Below the pieces are notes generated by a model. It was not told the DNA's origin and did not search any database. It worked only from the letters and a program-made list of their open reading frames with translations. A stretch of 55,112 nt of DNA, the filler included, from Basidiobolus ranarum (lineage: Eukaryota): the NCBI GenBank assembly GCA_040143965.1. It is 5 parts of 5 records of this genome, joined end to end, with 100 filler letters (N's around TTAATTAATTAA, not from the genome) between each part and the next. Parts side by side here need not be neighbours in the genome. Positions count along the whole stretch, not along the records: positions 11,071 to 22,027 come from JASJQH010007526.1; positions 22,128 to 33,074 come from JASJQH010007527.1; 3 more parts are not named here. One strand, 5' to 3'. A program made the translations under genes and the position numbers. Positions within the stretch are counted from its first letter, which is position 1. Each line of letters begins with the position of its first letter. Of this stretch, positions 12,534-24,055 are shown piece after piece.

Positions 12534-14968
12534 TTACAAAGCATCATCATGCGTCAATAAATTTAAAAGCTCTACTATTAATAATTTAGAGGATGAATTA
12601 ATATCATGACTGGATATCTCTTCAAGAGCGCTTTGCAGTCCCAGTATATTAGCTAAGGAAATCAACGTATCACTTCCACAAAACATTAAATGAGCCAGAG
12701 AGAACACCAGATTCTGGGTTACCTGTTCATCTATAACGAAGCAAATCATTAAAAGGAACTCAACGAAGGTTGTTGTCCAAATTAAAACTAACCTTGTACA
12801 GAAGTGTCCATTTGAACTGCCGATACAGCTGCACTGATCAGCTCTACATGGCAAGATTCGGAATCATCATCAGAAAAGTGAAACACTTCAGCTTCTTTGA
12901 TTAGTTCCAATTGTTGCCTTCTATCGCGACCAATCCAGATTGAGATATTATATAGCACGTAACTAGCTGATTTGCGTATAAACGCAGATTCTGACAGTAG
13001 GCTGTCCACCACCAGTTCGACAATAGACTGGCGCGGAGATTCTGGACTTTCCAAAAGGATCGAGCTTGCTCCTTGAAATGTGGACAACATATTACAGGTC
13101 TAAAAGGATCAACGATTAGAAAGTTTACTAAGAGTAGTGGGATACAAGAGAACTTTACCAGTCTCAAAATAGCATCGGTCATAGGTTCTTGCTGCCATAA
13201 AGTTTTCTCAAATACAGCATTGAACCTTTCTGGATTCACCAAGACTCCTTTTACCCCATCGGCCTGCAGAACTATTTCCGATAATACTTCCACTGAACTG
13301 GAGTTCCCACTCAACGAAGAGTCAATCAGTTTCTCTTGAACCATGAAAGCATTCGTTAGAGGCTTCCCCTTTACAGACAGAATATCTGACTGGACTTACC
13401 GATAGTTTTGGTCAATACTTGAGAGTCTACATGACTTTCGTCTCCAAGCAGGGCTGCGAGAGTGGAGTCATCATCCGATGTCCAGGTGGGAATTAAATTG
13501 CAGGTTGGTTTTTTAAGCTCCTGCAAGATGGGATTGCCCTCGGGGAATTGAATAGGAGCAACAGATAGATGCTCAATATTCTCTAAGGCCAAGGCCGTAT
13601 GGCTGTGAGCTGTATGATAAGTGAAGATTTAGAAAATATGTGGCTAACAATACATGTGATAATACATACGAGGATATGCCAAACGATACAAATCCTTCAA
13701 AGAATCTTCAAGCTTTTCAGTATCAGAGTTGGAGAGTTCGTTTATCTTTCGTACAAAATGAAAATGTTAATTACAGAAGAGATAAGTTATTTCGGAAATG
13801 GACATTACCTTCTCGCCATTTAAGTAAAATTTAAATATTGGTGGGTAGCGAGCAGAGTAAACATATGCGATATCTGAATGTTGTTTGATGTCAATTTTGG
13901 CTACGTTGATGATTTTGCCAGGCGTTTTGGAGTATTGTCCAATAAGCTGAATAAATTCTGGCTCAAGTTTTTGACATTCTGGTGAATCAGATTGGCTGAA
14001 ATATAGGACACTTGCTACATGCTCTTTGACGAACGTATCAGTCATCTCCACTGTATCTGGATATGTAAGGAGCCCCGCATGATCAGACTCAACGTTAGCA
14101 TCTAGAGTACTTGCATTCTGGTTATCAGCGGAAGAAACAGAAGGGATGAAGGAATTCCGAGTGTCGGATCGAAAGAACCCATCAATTAGTGGACGAAGCT
14201 GCTGGCCTAGAGGTCTGAAATATCTCACGCATAAGTCATCAATAGATTATGTGATATTTAGCAATAAACGTACGTATTAAGGAAATCACGAGGAAGGCCT
14301 TTGAAAGCAAGAATTTAGATATCTCATCAATACATTTACAACCTAAAATAACTATACCTGTTATGTAGTCGGGAAGGGTTTTACCAGTCAAGAACTGGCA
14401 TACTTCATTGGAGAAGGTATTACAATTGTTGTCTAACAGGTGATATTTGTCGGCACTGTGAACATGATTTAGGTACCATTTGAGTTGAAATTTGCGAGTT
14501 CAGTAACTTACGTGTATACGTTCTTAAGCTGCTCAATGTATTCCAAAAACAATTCTTTAGGCACTTCCGTGTAGCCCATATCAATTTCTCGTAAGGGCTG
14601 TCCATGATGTGTCGTCCCCTGTGAATAAAAGTAAGAATTGTACTTTGCCAAATCAAGAAGCATAATTTAATACCGGATAGATATGGATGATTCCTTGGCC
14701 GAAATAATATTCTCTACCGTATACAACTACAGAGGTATGCCTTAAATGCAAATAAAGTAAATCTCTACATCCACCAAACTTGTATGCAATTTTCACTCAC
14801 CAGATTCCGTCTAAAGTGAAAGAAGCAAGTTTATTTAAGTAAGTATAATGTGTTAGAAGTGGAAAATTGAGGAGTCGTACCAATCTGTCTTCCAACGAGG
14901 GGCATTGACATAGCGCTAGCTAAGCCTCTGGAAAGATCGTATAAATAAATTTTGACTGGCTCCGACAT
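12534..14968 (-). CDS. PPPDE (DeSI-like) isopeptidase fused to thioredoxin-like and PUL domains; multi-exon
   Basis: MSEPVKIYLYDLSRGLA; catalytic His in WHTSVVVYGREYYFGQG; catalytic Cys in NNCNTFSNEVCQFLTG. A thioredoxin-like exon (YFSQSDSPECQKLEPEF...AKIDI...PIFKFYLNGEK) and a C-terminal helical PUL-like region (IRKSASYVLYNIS) follow. Confidence 0.88.
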
Positions 14969-15258
14969 GAATTATTATGAACTGTTTGTGAAGAGTATTT
15001 GGTCGATATCACTTAATATCAACACTCTATGGTTATATAACTCTTGCCAAGATATCATCTGCGGTGACATTTTACTGCGGTCGATTCAATAGACCATGCT
15101 GTGGAATATTATATAACACATAGATTGTCCTAGAAAAAAAGATAGGCAAGACGAATACGTGGAATGAGTTATATTCGTCATATTGATTTATTGGTTAAAT
15201 ACTTATAAACAGTCTTTTATGTACATCTCGGATATGAGTTACATAAATGGTTAGAAAT

Positions 15259-15338
15259 CTTATACAACACTAAAATCTATTACAAAGCTTATACAACACT
15301 AAAATCTATTACAAAGCTTATACAACACTAAAATCTAT
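15259..15338. repeat. Tandem repeat, 29-bp unit CTTATACAACACTAAAATCTATTACAAAG, about 2.8 copies
   Basis: Perfect copies at 15259-15287 and 15288-15316, partial copy at 15317-15338. Lies just 3' of the cyclin stop. Confidence 0.93.
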
Positions 15339-15355
15339 AAGAAACAAAGAAAATT

Positions 15356-16457
15356 TTAGGAGAGTGCAAATGCTTGATTGTCACTGCTTCTGGGTGATCT
15401 ATTTGTATCTAGGGTTGAATTTTTCTGTGCGAGAAGCTCCCAAACTGGCGGTAAGCTTGGGACACTGGCACGCCGCTCTTTACGTCCACCCAGCAAGGCA
15501 AGGTCTAGGTTCTCTATAGCCATGCTAAAGTCTATACGCTTTACGTTTATTGGAGAGAGTGTTTCTAAAGATATGGTGTTTGTTAGAGTTAAGACGTCAA
15601 CCAATAGAGGTAAACAAAATACATACCTTCAATGACAACTTTCGAGAATCCCAACGGATTGTCGATGTTGGCGGTGCAGGATTCGAAGAGGTAATCGCTG
15701 GGGCCTTCATAGCCCTGACGAGCCCAACTTTTTAAAAGCTTCGGCTTCATCAGAGCTAGGAAGTCCAACCACTGTTCTTTAGTAACTACCAACTTGAAAT
15801 TCAAGTAAAACAGTAATTCAGACTCCATTTGATTGATCTCACTCAAGGTAAATAGACCATTGGCCACAGTTGCCCAGGATTTATTGTGATAGGCATCGTC
15901 GTGGAGATACTTATTCGCACTTACTATAGCAGCCAGAAATAGTCGATGGCCTGAGCCATATGCACCTTTACAACCAGGATGTCGTTGCTTAAGTCGAATG
16001 AGATAGATCAAAGCAGTCAGAAGGTTGTTATTAGACAGGTTTGTTCGGCGTAGTACACGATGAATAAAATCTGCCAATTTGGGAAGTTCTTCTAGCTCTT
16101 GAGCTTTAGCTTTACCACACTGGAATAGGCAATTAACTATCTTGGCGGCAATTTCTAAAGAATATATATATAGTGTTTAGTGCTTAGCGTATATACATAC
16201 TTTTGTATAACTATTATTCAATTTAAACCTATTAGATGTCGTCTAAGCTGATAAGCAGGGTCTTGCGAGGCTGCGGATGTTGCTTTGGATGAGCGACTGG
16301 TTGCACTAGAAGCCACACAACTTGGCTTTAGATCCGAGCAACTGGCTGTACTAGAAGCCTTTAGATCAGAGCCACTAATTGTGCTAGAAGCCACACCGCT
16401 TGACTTTAGATGAAAATATTTGGACAAGATACTCTGAGAGATGGGCTGCTCAATCAT
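15356..16457 (-). CDS. Pho80/Pcl-family cyclin; spliced
   Basis: Cyclin box LADFIHRVLRRT...LLTALIYLIRLK...HRLFLAAIVSANKYLHDDAYHNKSWA...EINQMESELLFYLNF. A GTATGT donor near 15626 joins the last exon (ETLSPINVKR...), which ends at 15356. Confidence 0.88.
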
Positions 16458-17130
16458 AACTTCGATGTCAATTTAAATATGGGATCTATACAAGCTGAAT
16501 GAGCCTACTACAAACTGAAATAATAGGTGGAGGGAGGTTGAGGCTAATAGTCAACCAGTGCTGCTAGTGGCTAAATGGCAGTTGCTAAGTATAAATAGCG
16601 ATGTCGTTGGAGAATTTATTTTCCTATCAATGATGATTGTATTGAATTTGTTTGAATGTCCGCGATATGTCCATTTTTCAAACAATATCCTCTTCCCCAC
16701 CTTGTAAGTCCCATTTATTTCGGCGTATTCTGGCCAGCTTATCCCTACCTATGACAAAGAGTTCTGTTGATTGTTCGCGATAGCCTGTTCATCATTTCTG
16801 CCCACAATTCCTCCGACACTGAGCATTAATTATGTCTTTGGTATTTAGGAATAGCAAAATCCGCAATACTATAATCTGGAATGTTTCTAATCGGAAATGT
16901 CTACCTACCTTTCACATAAATCAAACTCCACATTATTAAAGAAATTTTCTCACTTGATAGAAGCCATAGCTCAACTTGGATATTTTACTTGTCACAGGTG
17001 TGGTTTTAGCCTTTATTTCGAGTTGAACCCGCAGATATATTAGTGGTAGTAGTAGCAGTATTAGCAGTAGAGGTCGAATAACATATTCTCGTATTTATCA
17101 TATTTACTTCCAGTTGAAAGTAGAGTCACA

Positions 17131-17939
17131 ATGAATACTGCCCTTAGAACCAACCTTGCCCAATCTCTAAAAGTTGGTACGAAGAGTGTGACCAAACGTC
17201 ATATCTCTGCGACCGCAACAGTTCTCGCTCGCGCAAAACCAACCGCTAACAAACTTCCTGAGCGAGACGTCGGGGACCTCCCAGATTATGATTTTAACGA
17301 TCATACCTGGTTTGGTCATAACATGCTTGAAAATATTCGTGATGTAAGATCTTACTTGAAGAAAGCTCAATACGAACTTCCTCAACTTGTCAGTAAGTTT
17401 CAAACTGGTTTATACTAGTGTTTAGTCTCGTGATATTCAAAGTTCAAGCAGAGAAACTTAACACCCTCTTTTTTAATAGAGTTTCAAAAACCTTTTGTCC
17501 CTCCCAAGTCGGTTGGAAAGATTGTAGCATACAAAACCACCGAGTATTTCGGTGAAGAGCATCCTAATGCCCGCAAAGTCGTGTTGACAGTTAACGTCGA
17601 TAACCTTGGTCTTACTGCTACTCAAAAACATAAGATTCTCTTACTCTCTGGCCCTCGTTACAACCCAGAGAAGAATGAGATTAAGATATCTTGCGAGAAA
17701 TACCGTCTTCGTGAACAAAATTACAAAGATGCTTCAGATGTATTGGATAAACTTCTGGAATATGCCAAAGTATTTACTGAATTTACTAATGATCTAAAGA
17801 AAACGATATCTAATGACTGATCTATCTGTAGGACCCTTCGGACACATTTGCTGACATTCCTCTACAGGTCCAAGCTCAGCCCAAGAAGAACCTTGCCTTT
17901 CCTAAGGAATGGTTGAAACCCAGAAAATCTACCAACTAG
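17131..17939 (+). CDS. RSM24: Mitochondrial small-subunit ribosomal protein mS35 (Rsm24/MRPS35); spliced
   Basis: Basic targeting peptide; FQKPFVPP, YFGEEHPNARKVVLTV, KHKILLLSGPRYNPE, IKISCEKY..REQN and DPSDTFADIPL..FPKEW. Stop TAG at 17937-17939. Confidence 0.9.
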
Positions 17940-18262
17940 ACTTTTTGTGATGCATTGCACACACTAGACACATTATATATTTTTCATCATCCTTTCGTTC
18001 TCATGGACTACCAATTCATAGTTAAAGATTTAAGACTCGGTTATTGCGGATATTGTGATTTGTGTAGCGAAATCCAATAAATTCATCCAACAAAATATTT
18101 CTAATCAATTTAGTGTTCATCAATTTGTGTATGTATTTGTGTATTATTATTCTTCATTCCTTTTTCTGCTTTCTACTTTCTTTCATGTCGTCTAGTAACC
18201 TCTACCCTTATTTCTAAACTATTTCTTCTTTTGCTTCAACATTTGGAAACCCTCCGTTTGAA

Positions 18263-18900
18263 ATGATCACATTTCAAGAAACTAACCTTCGTAAAAGACT
18301 ACTTGGTCAAGATAGTTTTTTTGAAGTCTCACAGCCAAACGTAAGTTTAATCGAACAAGATTTCTTTTTTATCTTGTATATTCAAACACAAAATATCCTA
18401 AATGCACACTAACATTGCTTGAGTCGGTCTTTAGAAACGGCAAAATACATGTCAGCCGGATCCTCATTCATTTCATTATTCAAGTGACTCGGAAATATTA
18501 AGTCCAGTAGCCACTTCACCTCATACTTCCTCTCATGATTCTATGGAATATCTGAATCTGATTCAAGCACGGTCAAAAGACACAGAACCTATAGTAAAAA
18601 GCGTTTCTGGTGAGGTGGAAGGGTGTTTTGGATTAGGGGCACTGAGTATGGATGTGGATAGGAATAGCGCTCGTATGGAAGAACAGGGAACAACTACTAA
18701 TATTATAAAAGTAAGCTAATGGCCGTTATAATGACTTGACTGTAGTTTCTAATATGGTTGATATGTTCTTGTAGACTTCTAATAGACCTGATTCTCTACC
18801 TAAGGGACAAAAAGTTTTAGTATTTGGCTTTCAAAAGGATTGTAGCAAATGTCAGCGGGCTGTACCGGGGCACTATTCACATATTATGTACCGGCAATAA
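18263..18900 (+). CDS. Uncharacterised small fungal protein with C-terminal CxxC-x5-GH-x2-H motif; 3 exons (18263-18340, 18435-18710, 18775-18900)
   Basis: Exons are in frame and joined by GTAAGT/GTAAGC...TAG introns. The protein ends VFGFQKDCSKCQRAVPGHYSHIMYRQ*. Not in the ORF track. Confidence 0.75.
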
Positions 18901-19503
18901 AATGACCACTTGTTAGATTTACAGTGAATAACCGGTTACGCTTAGCCTGTCGGATTAGCTCTACACTAGATGGGTTTTCTACCTTTCGAAAGATTCAATT
19001 AGTAGGCTATGTATGTATATATATATCTCTACTCTTACCTTGTCCAAATTTCGCTCAGTACTTGAAGCTGTACATAAATCCATACTTGTAGGAAGATTAT
19101 CTAGAATTGTTGAATGTGAATATGTGAAACACCACTCTCTAGATCTAGAATATAAATTGCTCAAACACAAGAAGTTACAGAAATCATTTACCAGAACTTG
19201 ATTCCAGAACATGATTCTAGAATCATCAATGTTGACGTTATAATCTTATGCTAAATCGAATCACCTGATGGGTAACCATTTTGGGGGGAATTATTTCCAG
19301 ACCAATTTAATATTTCCTACAGTGCATTTTAATTCCATCAATTTACTTAGCCTCGTATTTGCTGTTATTACTTGACACTTTCTTACTGCGTAAAATATAT
19401 TGGACTTTTCGATTCTTTAGAACGACTTACTCAGTTTTCCTACGACCAAGACCAATCCCCTACTAATAATTCCACAAAGTGACTCCTCTTTACTTTTTAT
19501 AAT

Positions 19504-20966
19504 ATGGGAAACGTTAATACTAAAAAAGAGGAAGAAAGCGTCGATGGTGGTGGTTTTGTCCCCTACGGCGTTTATTCTGGTCCACAAGATTTCGATCATA
19601 AAGTGGTGAAAAAACTGATTCAAGAACGACGGATAGCTGCTTTCTATAAAGGTTTACCTGACCTCGACTCTCTGACCACAGTCACCCCTAGTAATAGTCA
19701 CCATGAAGGAACCAAACACCGAAGTGGCTCTGTAAGATCAAGAGATAGTACAGCCAAACTTACCATGGCTGACCTTTATCGTGGTGCGGTGGAGTGTCCA
19801 ATCTGCTTTTTAGTAAGGATTTACTCTTCAGATTTACTTTTTATTTCACTTATTTATCGAAAATTTCTTAATAGTATTACCCGCGAAATATTAACTTTTC
19901 AAGATGTTGCGAGCAACCCATCTGTACTGAATGCTTTGTCCAAATCAAAAGACCTGAAGCGACTGGTACCCCTGCGGTGTATCCTTTTCCTTTATGCTTA
20001 TTTAGGATATTTTCTTAGCAAACATTTTTCAACCATTCTCCTTGATTCTCTTCGAAAATAGGTGCCCATTTTGTGTGCGTCCCCATTTTGGTGTCCTTTA
20101 TAAACCACCACAGAATGTGATGTTTTATCTTCAAGGACCCACCGAAACTCAAAATACTTCCCACAAGATATCCACCGATCTGGTACTTTTTCTTTGAAAT
20201 GTTTGCGGGCTTGTTGTCATTTGAATGGTATTTCTTATCTAGTCCTCTATAGAGACCTACCATGCCCAACCAAAATCCTAGTTCGGATTCTAACGATGAA
20301 GGTGATCATCGTAGAAAGTCGGTCAATTATAATCACCCAGATGTCGTCACGAGTGGTAATTATTCATGAGAAATGTATGTTTGGAGTATCTTCACTCACT
20401 TCCCATTTCTACCTATAGATGATATTAGACCAGATTACGCTCGTCGTCTCGAAATCCAGTCCCGTACCATTGCAAATGCCGCTAGACTTCTTTCCGGAGA
20501 GGGAGCTACCACCTCTCGCCGTTTGGTTATCCCCCGTACTCCTAGTGGTAGCAATCGTCACCCCAGCGGGCAACACGAGCAAAATGGTTACCTACGTCAC
20601 ATGGGAGGAGATTTAGAGGAAATGATGGTGATGGAGGCTATTCGTCAGAGTATTATTGAAGAACAAGAACGTGAGGAACGTGAACGTCATGAGAAACAAC
20701 AAGCACGTGAAACACGAGAAGCTCTACAACGACAAAATAAGACCACTGCCACATCTACCACCGAAGCTACTCAATCCCATGAAACAACAGCTGTAGATGA
20801 AATTGAAAATGGAGTATCTAGTCTGGATATCCAACCTACCGAATCTCATACAGATGGTGAAACGCTCAATGAACCAAAAGCCTCCCTCGAAGACCCTTTC
20901 GCTGATCCCGTAGAGAATCCTATCCCTTCAAACGAGAATGAGAACGGAGCAAAAGAAACAGTATAA
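19504..20966 (+). CDS. SIP5: Snf1-interacting protein Sip5-like (RING-like Cys motif); spliced
   Basis: MGN N-terminus; [100 protein letters not shown]. Confidence 0.9.
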
Positions 20967-21499
20967 GGTAAAAAAGAATCAATCGGGATCGGGTCGGGTC
21001 GAAATGGAGTAAACGATACATCCCTTCAGACAAAGAGCAATTTGTTAAAATACTTACCAATTGTCGAACATATCAGTACATAAAACAATAAATACATGAC
21101 AAAATGTTAGCTAAACTGTTTCGTAAGACTGTTTCGATTTAACCGGAAAAAAAAGAGAAACCATTTTTATTGAATGGAACAAGTCTATAAAAAAAGTACG
21201 AGAACAGGGTCGGAACAGAAAGAAAGGAATCATTATGAAAGTATCAAAGAAAGATTACAAATTTCTTACTCGCTGTCTGAGGAAGGGAGTATGATGCTAA
21301 CAGTAAAGAACATAAAAATCACCGTTTCACTTCAGTCATCGACTAAGCAAAATTAGTCCCAGAATAGATGTAAATATGGGGTGAGTTTAAAATGAAAGGA
21401 AGGAGTATTTGGCTGGTTCTTGTAAGTAAGATACGTGATAAAAATGGGACAATGACCGAAGCAAGTGAACAAAAGGAGTAAAGCAAGAGTAAAAGAAGC

Positions 21500-22027
21500 T
21501 TAACCGAGCTTGACACTCTTGGCCAATTTGGTTTTAATACCAGTCTTTTCACCACCATACACACCGACAGGGCCACTAGCCATGGGTTTAATGGACTTGA
21601 TACGTTTCGTGGCTTTGTCGTACTTGTTTCTGTGCTTAACACGGGGATTACGGTTCTCCTTCTTACGTCTTGGTGTGAGACCTCTATTCTTGAGAATGGC
21701 GTAATTGATTTTACGTTTGTCACCATCATCGACGGTATCCTCAATCCATGGGTTCTCTCTGGCATGAGCTGATGCAGCTTGCTCGGCCTTCTCTTTACGC
21801 TTCTCACCCAGGGCCTTTTTAACCTCAGCGTAATATTCGTCTTCCCCACTGTCATTCATATCCAAATCAGCCGTGCCATCGTCATCACCCCCTCCGATAT
21901 TCTTTGGCAAAGTTTTGGTGAAACGATTCTCGCGCGATTTATAGGGAATAGCCGTGTCACCGGAGAATTTGTTGCGAACGTCACGCTTGTTGGGAGATTG
22001 ATTGATCTTGGCTACGTAGGCTCTTAA
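21500..22027 (-). CDS. SAS10: SSU processome component Sas10/Utp3, C-terminal fragment truncated at contig end
   Basis: Sas10 C-terminal domain KRKINYAILKNRGLTPRRKKENRNPRVKHRNKYDKA...YGGEKTGIKTKLAKSVKL. Confidence 0.93.
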   Translation of the reverse strand, partial: LRAYVAKINQSPNKRDVRNKFSGDTAIPYKSRENRFTKTLPKNIGGGDDDGTADLDMNDSGEDEYYAEVKKALGEKRKEKAEQAASAHARENPWIEDTVDDGDKRKINYAILKNRGLTPRRKKENRNPRVKHRNKYDKATKRIKSIKPMASGPVGVYGGEKTGIKTKLAKSVKLG

Positions 22028-22127
22028 NNNNNNNNNNNNNNNNNNNNNNNNNNNNNNNNNNNNNNNNNNNNTTAATTAATTAANNNNNNNNNNNNNNNNN
22101 NNNNNNNNNNNNNNNNNNNNNNNNNNN
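22028..22127. other. Artificial contig linker
   Basis: N44-TTAATTAATTAA-N44. Confidence 0.98.
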
Positions 22128-23762
22128 AAATGTATAAATGCTTTATTTCTTGACAATAAATAATTATCTCACAAAGCTATTCACACCTCCACATTTCTAA
22201 AGTTCCTCCAAACAGCCCATATTTTCCCAATAATTTATGACTATATAGGTGTTTAGGAAATGCCAATTTCAACAATTTTTCAGGATTCAATCTGGGTCAT
22301 CCAAAATTAACTTTCATAGGGGTATGGAGCTTGCAATCTGCTTGACTTCAAAGGTTTAAGCTCAGAAATGAAAATTCTGAAGTTTTTTACTTTTGTACCA
22401 AAAATCTATTCCTGTTTGTAGCAACATTTGATGCAAATGCTTATTACTAGCTTAGACACAACACAGAGAAATGGTGGGTATACAGTGGTGGGGATAGCCA
22501 TATGATTAAGACTGGAAACTTCCACCCTGATCAGAATAAGTTAGCATCTCCATTATTCATTATTGATTTTCTAAGTGAAAATCAATTTTCATTACCATGA
22601 AATAAACTAGTGAGTCTGCCTAGCCCTTGAGGTACAGTACAAATTATAACAAAATAATCTTCTCATTCATTACATATTTTTGCCTAAGTAATACTTACTT
22701 TGGCCTTTACTGATGCTGATACGCTTGGGCCAATATCCACAGAGCATTAAAAATAGCTACCCGGCAAGCAGTATCACTACACTTGCAGAAAAAGGCTCCG
22801 CTTAGCTACTATCTCTACTTACACAGCACTATGACCCTTCACCAATTTGTTTCTTTGGTTCAATACAGCTCAAAATTTGTATCACTTTACTCTTGGACAG
22901 ATCATATGCATAACCTGAACATGACATATAGCCGTAAATAATGTAACTTTAACTGAAGAGAAGATGAGGTTTAATAAAAGGCACGATAGTACTCACAATG
23001 GATAAGCAATAGTGATGGGAAGTCTAATTGCTACTGCATTACCCTAGTCATGGGATGCTCCAGAGCACTCTCCTTCTATCATTATGTCAATGACAAGTGT
23101 GGGTTTGGCCCCCGCTTAATTGGGGAACGAGCAGCTCAGGTAAATAGTCTATATTTACTGCTTATGACAATAATTTGATCACGTTAATATGTTCGAAACG
23201 CTTCCAGTCCAGTCAGAATGGGCATCAAAGAATATGAGCACAGAGATGGTATTCATTGTGCTCCCTGGGAGAAAGAAGAATTGTGCTCGGTTCATACATA
23301 TTAATGAAGAAACGGGGCACCTAAGATACAACACTCGCTATGCTGATAATATTATTCGTCTCCATTACTTCAGGAATAGTCGAAGTTACACACAACAAGC
23401 GGTGAGTTACCAAAGTTGTGATAGGCCTTTCATGAATGCCAAACTGGCTTGTACTAATGAGAAAAGTATATCATTTGGGTCTATAACTGAAAGAACACAT
23501 TACTTATGATTTTGGCATCAAAAATGCCTTAAGGTCAGCTAAAGGCTTCTTTCAAAATTATCCTCGAAAAATATTATTTTACTTGAGTTTACAGGCCTAT
23601 GTCCCTCTTTCTCATCGTATACCAGAGCAGGAAGAAATTGTTATTCACTTACTGCCAGTGACTGAAAAGTCTGTACGGTTAATAGATATATATGGGCCAA
23701 TGCACTACGAACTAGAATCGCTTGTTCAGGATATTCAGAATGCTATCATCATAGCAAGTTAA
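22128..23762 (+). pseudogene. Probable decayed multi-exon gene of unknown family
   Basis: Alternating coding-like and intron-like segments. The clearest part is ...THYL*(TGA 23507-23509)FWHQKCLK, then intron 23534-23594, then an open 55-aa terminal exon AYVPLSHRIPEQEEIVIHLLPV...IIAS* ending 23762. Upstream frames are ambiguous. Confidence 0.4.
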
Positions 23763-24055
23763 TTGTAATTACTAATATAAATGTACAAACAATAACAAAG
23801 CAAATGTTCGAAATTTTTAAGAACCATATGCGCAAGATACTGATTAACATGATGATATTTGCTTCGGCGTTCTTTTCATATAATAATTTGTGATTGAATG
23901 CTCTTGGTGGCATTTATTGAGATGAGCCTAATAAACAACTACATTTTATTATTTAGAAATGAAGCTTGTTTCTCAACTTAGAGCGCCGAAGGTTAGTATT
24001 ACATAGCTTTGTATCCCATTTGATGTAAGTATTTACATCTTCGTGCTATAGTAAA

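Noticed and set aside
7342..14968. Apparent cluster of HEN1, aminotransferase, WD40, HAD and PPPDE genes, all on the minus strand
   Set aside because: It spans an artificial contig junction and the functions are unrelated; no evidence of a pathway cluster.
15259..15338. 29-bp repeats as a possible CRISPR array
   Set aside because: Head-to-tail copies with no spacers, eukaryotic context and no cas genes.
16270..16410. Short degenerate repeats (VASS, SDLK) in the cyclin N-terminus
   Set aside because: Ordinary low-complexity duplication in a disordered region.
23959..24054. MKLVSQLRAPK mini-exon as the start of the coiled-coil gene
   Set aside because: Splicing GTTAGT...TATAG leads straight to TAA and is out of frame with ATG 24056. 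It is possibly a uORF but unsupported.
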